Of a stretch of 64,000 bases of DNA, positions 18,767 to 28,474 are shown piece after piece. This stretch comes from an uncultured Nostoc sp. (GTDB taxonomy: Bacteria; Cyanobacteriota; Cyanobacteriia; Cyanobacteriales; Nostocaceae). Each line of letters starts with the position of its first letter. Positions within the stretch are counted from its first letter, which is position 1. The notes under the pieces are model-generated. The model saw nothing but the letters and a program-made list of their open reading frames with translations, had not been told where the DNA came from and did no database searches. The translations under genes were made by a program, and so were the position numbers. Where the stretch lies: assembly GCF_964245575.1 (NCBI RefSeq), contig NZ_CAXTNP010000005.1, positions 899 through 64,898 on the forward strand. Direction: 5' to 3'.

Positions 18767-18874
18767 CTGAATAGTATCAGGGTCTACATTGAGCGATCGC
18801 AACCTTGCCTTTAACTGTTCTATCTGCAATTCTGCCTGCTCTGCTCGTTGGCGTTCCTGTTCTGCACTACGAGA
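18767..18874 (-). pseudogene. Startless 36-codon remnant resembling the coiled-coil C-terminal tail of Uma2-type endonucleases
   Basis: Open frame SRSAEQERQRAEQAELQIEQLKARLRSLNVDPDTIQ, bounded by stop codons with no start codon. Confidence 0.3.
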
Positions 18875-18900
18875 TTATTGTAGAACAACTCTACTTCTCT

Positions 18901-19698
18901 CTAACTTGAGATGTGCAAGCTTTTCAAAATATAACTAGATAACTCACAAAATCCTTCGCCTTCGGCAGCGTTAGTAATATAAGCAGGGTGATATTTCAAC
19001 TGATTCACATATTCCAGTACGTTTGCCACGCCTACAGAAATAGGAAAATAACGCCGATCAAATAAACTTTCATCATTGGGGCTATCGCCCACAGTGACAA
19101 TTTGTTCTGGTGAGTACTGGGGTAAATATTCGCGCAAAACTTGCAACAATCCCACAGCTTTATCTTGCCCTTGGGGTTTAATGTGACACTGCACGTTGCT
19201 ATAGGTAAATCCCCAACCCATTTGTTGACAGAGATTGTCTAGGGTTTGTAGTTCATCTTCACGCAAACCAGCTACATCAAAAGTCCAATCGGTGATCCGA
19301 AAGCGATTATCAGCAGATTCTTGGATTTGGGGAAATTTAGTTTGTAAATTCTCAAAAGTCGTAGCCAAGTGCTGGCGATGTTTAGCTAAATCGGGAATGG
19401 ATGTTAAAACTACTGGTTTCTGGTTTGCAGGTGGAAAGTACAAACCGCCATTTTCTGCCATAGCACCTGCCACTGGCATAATCGCACTCAATCCACTCAC
19501 CCACCCAGCAGAACGTCCGGTGACAATCAGCACCTTAATGTCAGCTGCCGCTAAATCTTCTAAAGCTTGCAGCAATGCGGAAGTAAATTTTCCTCGTCTA
19601 GTCAAGGTGCCATCCATATCTGTGGCTATCAGACGAATATGAAGACAGTTTGTAGATGAAAACTCAGACAGGGCAGGGATACTCTGGTGTCTGGACAT
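18901..19698 (-). CDS. HAD-IIB family hydrolase (sugar-phosphate phosphatase-like)
   Basis: 265 aa. Motif I is ATDMDGTLT, followed by VTGRS and GDSPNDESL. Confidence 0.8.
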   Translation of the reverse strand: MSRHQSIPALSEFSSTNCLHIRLIATDMDGTLTRRGKFTSALLQALEDLAAADIKVLIVTGRSAGWVSGLSAIMPVAGAMAENGGLYFPPANQKPVVLTSIPDLAKHRQHLATTFENLQTKFPQIQESADNRFRITDWTFDVAGLREDELQTLDNLCQQMGWGFTYSNVQCHIKPQGQDKAVGLLQVLREYLPQYSPEQIVTVGDSPNDESLFDRRYFPISVGVANVLEYVNQLKYHPAYITNAAEGEGFCELSSYILKSLHISS

Positions 19699-19730
19699 AC
19701 GTAATTTGTAAAAGGCTGTAAAAAATATTA

Positions 19731-20624
19731 ATGATACAGCAAGATGGCATTGAAAATTTGGGCATCCTAAACATCAGGAGTCAAGTTTTTCAGTTTCCAA
19801 CCATGCCCACTTCGATGTTTCTTGCCCAAACCCAACAAGGAAAGCCTAAAAAAGCATCCCAGGAAGTGCCAGCAAGTAATCCTCAAATACCAGTATTATT
19901 GCTGGCAACTTCTGGAGGACTGGCTTTAGCTGTGATTGCAATGATAGTGTATAGTAAGCTCCAGAAGAATAAGCTGGAGAAAAAAGTTAAGTTTGAACAA
20001 TTCCGGGCGCGAGAATTAGAGAAAAAGTTTAAACTGGCGCTGGAAACGATTCGCAAAATGGAAACTAATCCCGATTTGGTCAATTCACGGGACTTTAACC
20101 TGGATTATCTGCGAATGCGGATGGCAGAAGAGGTGTTTCATTTTGCAATCCTTAATCAAGTGAAGATTCAGATCAAAGAAAAAGTTACTCAAGCCCTGCG
20201 TCCAAATCAAGCACAACTTGGATCAGTCGGAATTGCTAATAGCGCTGCACGGCAAGTAGATGAAATTTTTGATGTAGAGTATGAGACTGGTAGCCCGCCG
20301 AACTGTGCTAAAAGAGTACTATTTCGGATTCAAATCCGGTTAATGAAGTTACCGACGCAAGCGACTTCTGCAACTATTAGTCAAATTATTGACTGTATAG
20401 AAACTTACCTAAGCCCTATGGAAGATGAAGATAGTTGGCAACCAACAATTCAAGGTCGGATTGCTACTATGCATTGGGATCAAAAAGCTAAACCTACGCC
20501 TCTACTGGTGCTGGAGCAATCTAATGAAGGCGTGAATGTGACTTTTCGTACTAATCGCCAATCAAACACCCCAACTTTGCCAAACCAACCTAGAATGAAA
20601 AAATCAGGTTCGGCTAAACAATAA
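19731..20624 (+). CDS. Hypothetical membrane-anchored protein
   Basis: 297-aa ORF with one TM helix (VLLLATSGGLALAVIAMIVY). The start is uncertain and may be the internal Met MPTSMF. Confidence 0.5.
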   Translation: MIQQDGIENLGILNIRSQVFQFPTMPTSMFLAQTQQGKPKKASQEVPASNPQIPVLLLATSGGLALAVIAMIVYSKLQKNKLEKKVKFEQFRARELEKKFKLALETIRKMETNPDLVNSRDFNLDYLRMRMAEEVFHFAILNQVKIQIKEKVTQALRPNQAQLGSVGIANSAARQVDEIFDVEYETGSPPNCAKRVLFRIQIRLMKLPTQATSATISQIIDCIETYLSPMEDEDSWQPTIQGRIATMHWDQKAKPTPLLVLEQSNEGVNVTFRTNRQSNTPTLPNQPRMKKSGSAKQ

Positions 20625-20764
20625 ATTATGGCTGTCATTAGTCATTAGTGATTAGTCCTTTGTAGATACAAATGACTAATGAGAAAGAATGATTCTTATG
20701 AGTAAAATGGCTATGTTTATTTGCGTCACAGCTTAGTTATCAGTTGTGATTTATCACTTTGGAA

Positions 20765-21475
20765 TCATGACTGAATAGCTGTATTGGGGGAATTACGGGT
20801 TAAAAGACCATCTTCCATTTCTACGATGCGATCGGCTATATCTAAAATGCGGTTGTCGTGTGTCACTAATAAGATAGTAGTTCCCTGATTTTTGGCCAGA
20901 CTCTGCATTATTTCCACAACATCGCGTCCTGATTGTTTGTCTAATGCTGCTGTTGGTTCGTCTGCTAGCACCAGTGGGGGACGATTCACCAAGGCGCGAG
21001 CGATCGCAATTCTTTGTTTCTGTCCTCCAGAAAGATTGTCTGGGTAGTAATCAACTCGTTCTTCTAGACCCACAGACCCCAGCATGGCTTTTGATTTAGC
21101 CACTGCTTCTGTTTGAGAAATATTATCATTCAATTCTACCGCCATTTGCACATTTTGCTTCGCTGTCAAAAACCCTAGCAAATTGTGAGCTTGGAAAATA
21201 TAACCAATGTTGCGTCGCATCTGCACCAGTTTGTTTTGACTGACGCCAATGAGTTCTTCACCTAAAAATTTTAAACTTCCCTCTTGTACAGACCGCAAAC
21301 CACCAATTAAGCTCAGTAGTGTGGTTTTACCTGAACCTGATGGCCCGGTCATAATTACAATTTCACCTGGATATATTTCTAAGTTTATGTCAAATAATAT
21401 CTGTTTTCTCAGTGCCCCTTTGCCATAGTAGTGGTTGAGATTTTTAATGGCAATTACAGGTTCTTTTTCTATCAT
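20765..21475 (-). CDS. devA: DevA-family ABC exporter ATP-binding protein
   Basis: 236 aa. Walker A GPSGSGKTT, signature LSGGQKQR, Walker B LVLADEPT. Third gene of a devB-devC-devA arrangement. Confidence 0.8.
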   Translation of the reverse strand: MIEKEPVIAIKNLNHYYGKGALRKQILFDINLEIYPGEIVIMTGPSGSGKTTLLSLIGGLRSVQEGSLKFLGEELIGVSQNKLVQMRRNIGYIFQAHNLLGFLTAKQNVQMAVELNDNISQTEAVAKSKAMLGSVGLEERVDYYPDNLSGGQKQRIAIARALVNRPPLVLADEPTAALDKQSGRDVVEIMQSLAKNQGTTILLVTHDNRILDIADRIVEMEDGLLTRNSPNTAIQS

Positions 21476-21601
21476 ATTTTTATGAGTTACAAGTTAAGAG
21501 TTTTGAAACGTAACTGTAGTGCCTACAAAAAATCCAGCTTTCTTAATTATTGATTATAAACTATATTTTTTTATAAGAACTTTTAATTAATATTGACTTA
21601 A

Positions 21602-22771
21602 TTAAAAGATATCTGCTGGATCGGCAGAACTTAATTTGCGGACTGCGATCGCACCAGAAATAATGCACATCAGCATAGTCAAAATCAACACCATTACCGC
21701 CCGATCGAAACTCATGAAAACTGGTAAAAGTGTTGCACTTCTGGCGCTATTATACATAAATAAAGCAAAAACTATTCCAGGAAAATATCCTAAAATTGCT
21801 AATAATAAAGCCTCTTGAAGAATGACTGTCAATAAATAGTTTTGTGTGTAACCTATTGCCTTGAGAGTAGCGTACTCAGCTAAGTGATCTGCAACTTCTG
21901 TATAAAGTATTTGATAAACTATCACAGTCCCTACAATGAAACCCATGACAGTCCCTAATGTAAAAATAAACCCAATAGCTGTACTATTTGCCCAATAATT
22001 CCGCTCAAAATCAATAAATTCTTGCTTGGTTAAAACATTTACTTCATTAGGTAAATACTTTCGTAATTCTTGGGCAACAATGTTAGCATTAGCTCCCGGC
22101 TTTAATCTAATTAGCCCAATATCAATTAATCCTTTTTGACGATTACTGAATATTCGCAGAAAGTTAATATCACTCGTAATTAAATTACCATCTGCGCCAA
22201 ATGATGCTCCTAATGTAAATAGGCCTTCAACTTTAATTCGCCGCCTTCGCACTTCTGCTGTTACAGTCTTTTTTTGTTCATAATTAGCAGCAATTGGGCC
22301 ATACTCTACTCTAGAAGAACGGTCAAATAGAACTACATCAGGTAGTTTAAGTTTATCTAAATTCTCCTGAACTCCAGGTAAGTTAACTATGTTAGTTTCT
22401 GGGTTCATTCCAAATATCAGAATACTACGAGGGCGGCCTGTTACAGGATTTTTCCAAATTGTAAAGTCTAAATATATCGGATGTACTGATTGGACTGCGG
22501 GTAACTCTAAAGCTTTATATAACCGTCTTTGAGAAAAGCTCCTCATCGCCAGAACAGCGCTAGATTGACTGTTAATTAAAACAATATCGCCTTGCAAGCT
22601 GTTATGGAATCGAACATTACTATAATACAAAGCATCCCGAAAACCGAGTTGCATAAACATTAAAATATCAGCGAAAGCAATTCCTGCTAAAGCCACAGAT
22701 AGGCGAGTTTTTTCTCTTGTTAGTTGTAGCCACGACAGAGGTATTTTTTGACTCATTTTATAGGCATCCAA
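21602..22771 (-). CDS. devC: DevC-family ABC exporter permease (FtsX-like)
   Basis: 389 aa with an N-terminal TM helix, a large periplasmic loop and a C-terminal FtsX-type 3-TM bundle. The likely true start is MSQKIPLSW at 22756. Confidence 0.8.
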   Translation of the reverse strand: MDAYKMSQKIPLSWLQLTREKTRLSVALAGIAFADILMFMQLGFRDALYYSNVRFHNSLQGDIVLINSQSSAVLAMRSFSQRRLYKALELPAVQSVHPIYLDFTIWKNPVTGRPRSILIFGMNPETNIVNLPGVQENLDKLKLPDVVLFDRSSRVEYGPIAANYEQKKTVTAEVRRRRIKVEGLFTLGASFGADGNLITSDINFLRIFSNRQKGLIDIGLIRLKPGANANIVAQELRKYLPNEVNVLTKQEFIDFERNYWANSTAIGFIFTLGTVMGFIVGTVIVYQILYTEVADHLAEYATLKAIGYTQNYLLTVILQEALLLAILGYFPGIVFALFMYNSARSATLLPVFMSFDRAVMVLILTMLMCIISGAIAVRKLSSADPADIF

Positions 22772-22779
22772 GCACAGTT

Positions 22780-22856
22780 AAAATAATTCGTAATGACGCT
22801 ATCTACGAGACGCTAAAAGCAAATGAATACTAGCTTTGCGCGTCGCTAACGTAATT
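22780..22856 (+). repeat. ~75-nt dispersed repeat, copy A
   Basis: About 91 percent identical (7 mismatches in 75 nt, hand alignment) to the reverse complement of 25450-25524. A 15-nt fragment AAAATAATTCGTAAT also occurs at 54086-54100. Confidence 0.8.
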
Positions 22857-22977
22857 CTTAAAGACGCTCGGAGCGAATTTAGAGAATGCTTAAAGTTCAT
22901 TGGGCAGCCTAATTAATAATATTTATAATCCAAAATATCAAATTATGAATTAGTATTAATGCTCGTCAATGACTTAA

Positions 22978-24402
22978 TTAGTTATTAATATCGACAACAA
23001 CTTTAGCGTAAGTTAAACCAGAAACTTTCTGGCTATCTTCTGGAGATAGAGCAATTTTCACTTCTACGACTCTGGCATCCACATCTGCTGCTGGATCTGT
23101 ATTCAGCACATCTTTTTTACCAATTTTTCTGCCAATTTCAGTAACAGTTCCCTTTAATTCGCCGCTAAATGCTCCATTATCGCTGCTAATAGTGGCATTT
23201 TGACCAATACGCACTTTACCAATACTATCTTCGGCGACTTCCGCAATCACAAACATTTGGCTGGTTTGTCCAATTTCAGCAATGCCATTTGCACCGATCG
23301 CTTCGCCTGATTTGGTGTAAACCTTTAAAATCTCTCCAGCGATTGGTGCTTGAACGTAGCTTAACCTTAGTTCTGCTTCGGCTTTTCTGATATTTGCGAT
23401 CGCATTACTAACTTGGGCTTGCGCTACTTGCACATCGGTAGGACTAACGTCTAAAATTCTGCTCAGTTTGGCTTTTTCTTCATCGATTTGTCTTTGCAAA
23501 GTTGCTACGGTTTTATCACGGTTAACTTTGGCTTCGATTAGCTGCTGTTGCAAAGTTGCTAAATTTTGTATTTGGGTAGCTCTGGCTTCGGCAACTTGCT
23601 GTCGTAGAGTTGCCAATGTTTGCTTTAGTGTAGCTTGGCTTTCAGCAACCTGTTGATTAGAAGTTACTGCACTCAAGCGTCTTCTATCCCGCTCTTGCTG
23701 AGAAATAGCACCTTCTTTGTATAAATAATCATAGCGTCCGGCATCGACTTGAGCATTGCGCTGTTCGGCTTGAATACGTGTAAGCGTTGCTCTGAGAGCA
23801 TCTCTTTGCCCACTAAGTTCAGCTTCTAAGCGATTCACGGTTGCTTGTTGGACGAGTTTATCCCCACTTAACTGGGCTGCAATCCGCGCGATCGTCGCTT
23901 GCCCTGCATTCCTTTCCCCAATTAACTGCGCTTGTAGGCGAGCAATAACTGCTCTTTGGGCTTGAATATCTCTTGGAGATCCAGCCCTAACTTGCGCTAA
24001 ATTCGCACGGGCTTCTTGCACTTTGGCTTTTGCCTCTTGTAGTCCGGCTATTTGGGTATCGCGGTTGTCTAAAATTGCGACAATTTGGCCTTGCTTTACC
24101 TGTTCACCCTCTCTTACCAAAAGTTGCTGAATTCGTGACGATGGTGCTAATCCTGATGATGGAGCGGACAATTTAACAACTTCGCCTCGCGGTTCCAAAC
24201 GCCCAACAGCACTAATGCTATTGGTAGATGGCATTACGGGGACGGATGTAGTTAGTTTTCTCAACTGCTCGATTTTAGCTGTACCTAGTATCCCAGCAGC
24301 GATTACTATTGGCACAGCTACAGCGATACCCCACCAAATCTTAGGTTGTTCTTGATTAAATGCCTGCTCAGTTGGCTTTGGCTTTTCAGTCACCCTTGAC
24401 AT
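22978..24402 (-). CDS. devB: DevB-family membrane fusion protein (HlyD-like periplasmic adaptor)
   Basis: The ORF track extends to 24489; the likely start is MSRVTEKPK at 24402. Has a TM anchor, long Ala/Gln-rich coiled coils and a C-terminal beta-barrel region. Confidence 0.8.
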   Translation of the reverse strand: MSRVTEKPKPTEQAFNQEQPKIWWGIAVAVPIVIAAGILGTAKIEQLRKLTTSVPVMPSTNSISAVGRLEPRGEVVKLSAPSSGLAPSSRIQQLLVREGEQVKQGQIVAILDNRDTQIAGLQEAKAKVQEARANLAQVRAGSPRDIQAQRAVIARLQAQLIGERNAGQATIARIAAQLSGDKLVQQATVNRLEAELSGQRDALRATLTRIQAEQRNAQVDAGRYDYLYKEGAISQQERDRRRLSAVTSNQQVAESQATLKQTLATLRQQVAEARATQIQNLATLQQQLIEAKVNRDKTVATLQRQIDEEKAKLSRILDVSPTDVQVAQAQVSNAIANIRKAEAELRLSYVQAPIAGEILKVYTKSGEAIGANGIAEIGQTSQMFVIAEVAEDSIGKVRIGQNATISSDNGAFSGELKGTVTEIGRKIGKKDVLNTDPAADVDARVVEVKIALSPEDSQKVSGLTYAKVVVDINN

Positions 24403-24788
24403 AGTATGTTGCCCATTTACCTGAATTGTGCTGATGGAAGTAAAAATAAAAAGGTTTTTAATCAACAGCCAGCCGCTTAGGACAAACAACAGTGGTTTAA
24501 AGCTGGGTATGGCTTAAAATCCATTGCGCGATCAACGCTCAACACTATGGTTTTATAAAATGGTGTTTTCTATAGCGATCGCTCGTTTGTATGCAATACA
24601 TTTTGACCTCTAAAAGCAGAGAGCCTTTGAGGCATACTCCCCAACGCTAGTTCTTAAGGGGCTGTTGTTGTTAGGTCTGTATTGATATTGAGAAACGCTA
24701 TAGTAGCTGGCTATTCAAGAACTCTGAGTATTATTGAGACATGAGTGCAATGGAAGTTAGCAGAATTCACAAGCAGTATGAATCTAGA

Positions 24789-24818
24789 TGTAGAGACGCG
24801 ATGTATCGCGTCTCTACA
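24789..24818. repeat. Palindromic repeat copy with variant loop (TGTAGAGACGCGATGTATCGCGTCTCTACA)
   Basis: Perfect 12-bp arms in the devB upstream region. Confidence 0.7.
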
Positions 24819-24833
24819 CAAAATCCTAAATTG

Positions 24834-24876
24834 GTATGATGCGGTACTTTACTGCTACATTCACTACGGCTATAGT
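24834..24876 (+). promoter_or_regulatory. Candidate NtcA-activated promoter: GTA-N8-TAC, 23-nt spacer, TATAGT
   Basis: GTATGATGCGGTAC at 24834-24847 and TATAGT at 24871-24876 on the plus strand, pointing away from devB. The minus strand has no -10 at the equivalent spacing. Confidence 0.35.
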
Positions 24877-25449
24877 TAGTTACAAAATTGAAAAGAAACG
24901 TCAAAAATAGACTGTTGCCTTTGCTGGATACAATCTTGGTACAAAAGTTAGTCTTCCTTAAGTGAATCAAGGATTAATTAACTAAAAAATATCTGTCAAC
25001 TTGAGCATTCCTAACATTAGAGTTTCCTTAACTTTCTGGTCAATGAGTTAGCAGGGCTAGTTGCTTGCACCTACCAAGACAACAAACCATTTTTTTTGTG
25101 ATATTCGCTTCAAAGACCTTATATCATGTCCGCTTGATTACTTATGATAAAACGAGCAATGCAAATAACCTCAAGTTCTTTTTTCACGTACTTGGTGCAT
25201 TGAAATGATATCGTAACTGTTTTGCCGGACATGATATTACTATTCTCCCTGCTGCTGTTTTGGGACTCCATTAAACTCTCGTTGAATGAATTCTACATTT
25301 ATCCCTTAGGCGAAAACGTAACAGAGCCTACAGATAAGGGAGATCGGGAAAATGGGGGAGATGATTAACTAATTTCGGGGGTTTAAGTTAAGAGCAATTA
25401 ACAAGCGGCAAGTTTTGTGGCGCGGTCTAAATCACCGTTACAAAACTTA

Positions 25450-25524
25450 ATTAAGTTAGCGACGCGCAAAGCGAGTATTCGTTCGCTTTTAGGGTCTCGT
25501 AGAGAACGTCATTACGAATTATTT
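25450..25524 (-). repeat. ~75-nt dispersed repeat, copy B (inverted relative to copy A)
   Basis: See 22780-22856. It ends exactly at the pcyA stop codon. Confidence 0.8.
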
Positions 25525-26261
25525 TAAGTTGGGAGGTCGAATAAAACTGTGGTCATGTAATTTTCTGCCCAAGCTGGGCCAAAGGCTTTCTCTAGTACGC
25601 GGCGGGTTTTATCGTTTTGCTGCTGTTTAGTGCAGTAGTTGTGTTGTCCGGCGAGATTTTGTGTAACTTGTTCAGCTGAAACAGGATGTGAAGCGATGGC
25701 TTGGGTGCAATGAATATCTAAAAATTCTCGCACCCGCGAGAGAAACATTGTTTCTTCTTCTGGGGTACTGGGGCGCACAAAGATGCAAAAATCCGAAAAA
25801 ATATCTCCCCATTCAGGTAATTCACGGGGTTGGGAAAAGTTAAGCACTGTTAACTGTGTCAGTGCAGAAGTATAAGATTCTGGTAAGGTGCGCTCTAATT
25901 GAATAGGAGAAAGGTCTGCGATCGCAGCACTAATTTGACCTCTTCCCCCAACTAAATCGCAACCAAACATCGGCAGGTTGTATTCTGGACGGGGAAACAT
26001 GACGCAGTGCAAAATATCCAGCATATTTCCGATTTTTGCCAGTTCCAAATGCATTTTTCGGAACTGGGGCGTTTCATAGCAACGGTTTTCAATCGTCAAT
26101 TTTTCGCCTTCTAGTCTACCTTCCACATACCCCAACTCATCAGGCAAATGGTAGGGCGATAGATCCAGGTGCTGATGCCAAGCTGTTTCAATACAATCAG
26201 CTAGCTGACGAATTAGGGGATGTTGTTGCTCACGTAACGATGGTATAGAAGTAAATGACAT
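25524..26261 (-). CDS. pcyA: Phycocyanobilin:ferredoxin oxidoreductase
   Basis: 245 aa. [21 protein letters not shown]...[22 protein letters not shown] matches Nostocales PcyA as I remember it. Confidence 0.93.
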   Translation of the reverse strand: MSFTSIPSLREQQHPLIRQLADCIETAWHQHLDLSPYHLPDELGYVEGRLEGEKLTIENRCYETPQFRKMHLELAKIGNMLDILHCVMFPRPEYNLPMFGCDLVGGRGQISAAIADLSPIQLERTLPESYTSALTQLTVLNFSQPRELPEWGDIFSDFCIFVRPSTPEEETMFLSRVREFLDIHCTQAIASHPVSAEQVTQNLAGQHNYCTKQQQNDKTRRVLEKAFGPAWAENYMTTVLFDLPT

Positions 26262-26283
26262 ATTCTAATACTTGATGGGAATT

Positions 26284-26354
26284 GGGCATGGGGCATGGGG
26301 CATTGGGCATTGAGCATTCACTAATGACAAATGACAAATGACAAATGACTAATG
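26284..26354. repeat. Two adjacent STRR heptamer tracts (GGGCATG x5, then AATGACA x4)
   Basis: Read directly from the sequence. Located between the pcyA start and the maf stop. Confidence 0.85.
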
Positions 26355-26357
26355 TGA

Positions 26358-26951
26358 CTATTGCCAGAAATCAGTGACATCGTATCCCAGTTCCTCTAGC
26401 ATCTGCCGTAGCAGGGGTAAGCTGAGTCCAATGACATTGGTATGACAGCCTTCAATTTTTTCGACGAAGAAACTACCAAAACCCTCAATTGCAAAGGCTC
26501 CAGCACATTTAAGGGGTTCACCTGTGGCAACGTATGCAAGAATTGCGCGATCGCTCATTTGAGTAAAGTAAACTCTTGTAACTTGAGCCTTGACTATAGT
26601 AACGTTTTGAGACACATCAATTAAGGCGTGACCTGTGTACAAGTCGCCAAAGTTATCTTGCATTATCTGCCAACGTGCGATCGCTTCAGAGGTGTCTGGT
26701 GGTTTGCCGTAAATTTCACCATTCATGAACAAAACCGAATCACAACCCATAATCAAAGCCGATTCAAACTGTGGAGCTACAGTTTCCGCCTTATATTGGG
26801 CAAGAGTTTTGACCAATTCTGCTGGTTCACTTAATTCAATTTGCGACTCATCAAAATCACTTGGTTTAACTATCGGTTCAATACCAACAGTTTGCAGCAA
26901 GCGGCGTCGGGCTGGGGAAGCTGAGGCAAGTACAAAAGGTGGAATTTTCAT
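26358..26951 (-). CDS. maf: Maf-like nucleoside triphosphate pyrophosphatase
   Basis: The ORF track extends to 26996. The likely start is [19 protein letters not shown], the canonical Maf N-terminus. Confidence 0.85.
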   Translation of the reverse strand: MKIPPFVLASASPARRRLLQTVGIEPIVKPSDFDESQIELSEPAELVKTLAQYKAETVAPQFESALIMGCDSVLFMNGEIYGKPPDTSEAIARWQIMQDNFGDLYTGHALIDVSQNVTIVKAQVTRVYFTQMSDRAILAYVATGEPLKCAGAFAIEGFGSFFVEKIEGCHTNVIGLSLPLLRQMLEELGYDVTDFWQ

Positions 26952-26997
26952 GATATTTCTGACAAACTTCCTAATTGGAAATAGAGCATGGGGCATT

Positions 26998-27086
26998 AAA
27001 AAGAGGCTCCAGGGGCAAGGAGCTTTTAGCAGAGAGAGCGGAAAATTCTTCTCCCTTGCTAAGAGCTAAGAGCTCCCCTGCTTCTT
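26998..27086. mobile_element. Short MITE-like palindromic element (~90 bp)
   Basis: Arms GAGGCTCCAGGGGCAAGGAGCTTTTAGC and GCTAAGAGCTCCCCTGCTTCTTC are imperfect inverted repeats. The right arm is about 85-90 percent identical to the right end of the element at 28195-28474. Confidence 0.4.
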
Positions 27087-27113
27087 CCCCATTCCCTATT
27101 CCCCACTCCCCAA

Positions 27114-27659
27114 TTAATAAACAGAAAAAGAATTTACAACCTCATCAATCATTCGTTTAACTTTCTGCCAGCGTTTTTCAGGAATTGAGGCGTTGAGGGT
27201 AAAAACTTTACCACGGCTAACAGCGACGCTGGCGATGTTGTGTCGTTGCTGTTGATTGGGGAGTTTAACCTCATACTCTAAAAGGTAGTATATTTTACCG
27301 TCTACTTCTCGCTGTGCAGCATTGACTAATTCAGCTGAACGACCAGAGTCAGGAGGCGCAAGAGCTGCTTTTCCCAACTTATATCCTACTTCTGTTGGGG
27401 TTCCCAATTCTGACAAAGTTTTGCCTTCTGGAACTGGGCTAATCACAACCGAAACATTTTCAGACACCTCAATCAAATCGTGGAAAACCACATCTGGCCC
27501 GTTGGCAACTTTAACTTGCAGCCAGCCGTTAGGATATAAAAACTGATAGCCATCATTAGTGTTTACAAAGCTTTTGAGTCCAGATGCTGCCGCTACATCA
27601 GAATTACTCAGGCTGAAGCTCAACACCAATAGCAAAATTAATATAATTCGTTTCCACAT
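27114..27659 (-). CDS. psbP: PsbP-family protein (CyanoP)
   Basis: 181 aa with a signal peptide. DGYQFLYPNGW, VVISPV and the remaining fold pattern are typical of PsbP-like proteins. Confidence 0.82.
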   Translation of the reverse strand: MWKRIILILLLVLSFSLSNSDVAAASGLKSFVNTNDGYQFLYPNGWLQVKVANGPDVVFHDLIEVSENVSVVISPVPEGKTLSELGTPTEVGYKLGKAALAPPDSGRSAELVNAAQREVDGKIYYLLEYEVKLPNQQQRHNIASVAVSRGKVFTLNASIPEKRWQKVKRMIDEVVNSFSVY

Positions 27660-28194
27660 TTTTACAGATTCCTTTGGGCTGGAGACAACACCAAGCTTGC
27701 ATCATTTCTCGTTATTATTCTCCCACCAACCGACACGCTTCGGATGAAGCATTATATGGGGAGGGATAAATGCTCAAATGTTGGTAAATACTCCCTGACT
27801 CCCTGGTGTATCGCAAGTGATGTGAAATGCGTAAGCGTAGATTGTCGTAGACATCGCCTACCCGCTTCGGAATGAATTCCAAGGCTAATAGCGAAAGTCA
27901 TCTCAAAGATGACTAAAGAAAAGTTAAAAAAATTAAAGGCTAATTGAAAACACAAAAAACCCCGACTTGATAGCCGAGGTAGATGGGAGAAGTCCAAATG
28001 TCGATGGGATATACCGATACCGAAATCTTTTTTTCTTAGCTAACACCAGTTAGATAGTTAACGTTTGGTCTTTGCTAAGTTATGTTAATAAATTTAACAA
28101 TAACATTACAAATAGTCAACTAGACTTGACAAAAAAAGACTGATATCTTTTATAAGAACTACTTATCAAGGACAGTATAGGATTATTTTTCAAC

Positions 28195-28474
28195 GAAGAG
28201 GCAGTTCTTCAAGGGGGCTAAAAGCTTGGGGAAATCACCCCAACATTGAGCCGTGAAATGAAGGGGGGAACATGTTCTTACTTCCCCCACTTTTAATAAG
28301 TGGTTCTGGAATTGATTGGGTGGTCACTGAGCGACTTGCCTTGATCTATTGTACTGAGCATCTCGACTTCGCTCGATGGAACCGTAGTCGAAGTAAGTCG
28401 AAAGGAGCCGAAGTGTCGAATCCCAATTTTTTTCCTTCTCCCAAGCTTTAAGCTAATAGCTCCCTTGCCTCTTC
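28195..28474. mobile_element. MITE-like element (~280 bp) with ~35-nt imperfect terminal inverted repeats
   Basis: Left end is GAAGAGGCAGTTCTTCAAGGGGGCTAAAAGCTTGG. The reverse complement of the right end is GAAGAGGCAAGGGAGCTATTAGCTTAAAGCTTGG. The interior contains GTCGAAG-type sub-repeats and has no coding capacity. Confidence 0.45.

Noticed and set aside
24767-24970. 67-aa ORF in the devB upstream region.
   Set aside because: It reads straight through the palindromic repeat at 24789-24818. The product has no features and there is no ribosome-binding site.
27660-28194. Possible structured RNA gene (tmRNA, RNase P RNA, 6S) or the 81-aa ORF 27752-27997 in the gap upstream of cyanoP.
   Set aside because: I looked on both strands for tmRNA ends, a tag-reading frame and the RNase P conserved blocks (GAAAGTCCGGGCT-type) and found none. 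The ORF product looks non-protein-like. The region stays unassigned and would need a covariance-model scan (Rfam/Infernal).
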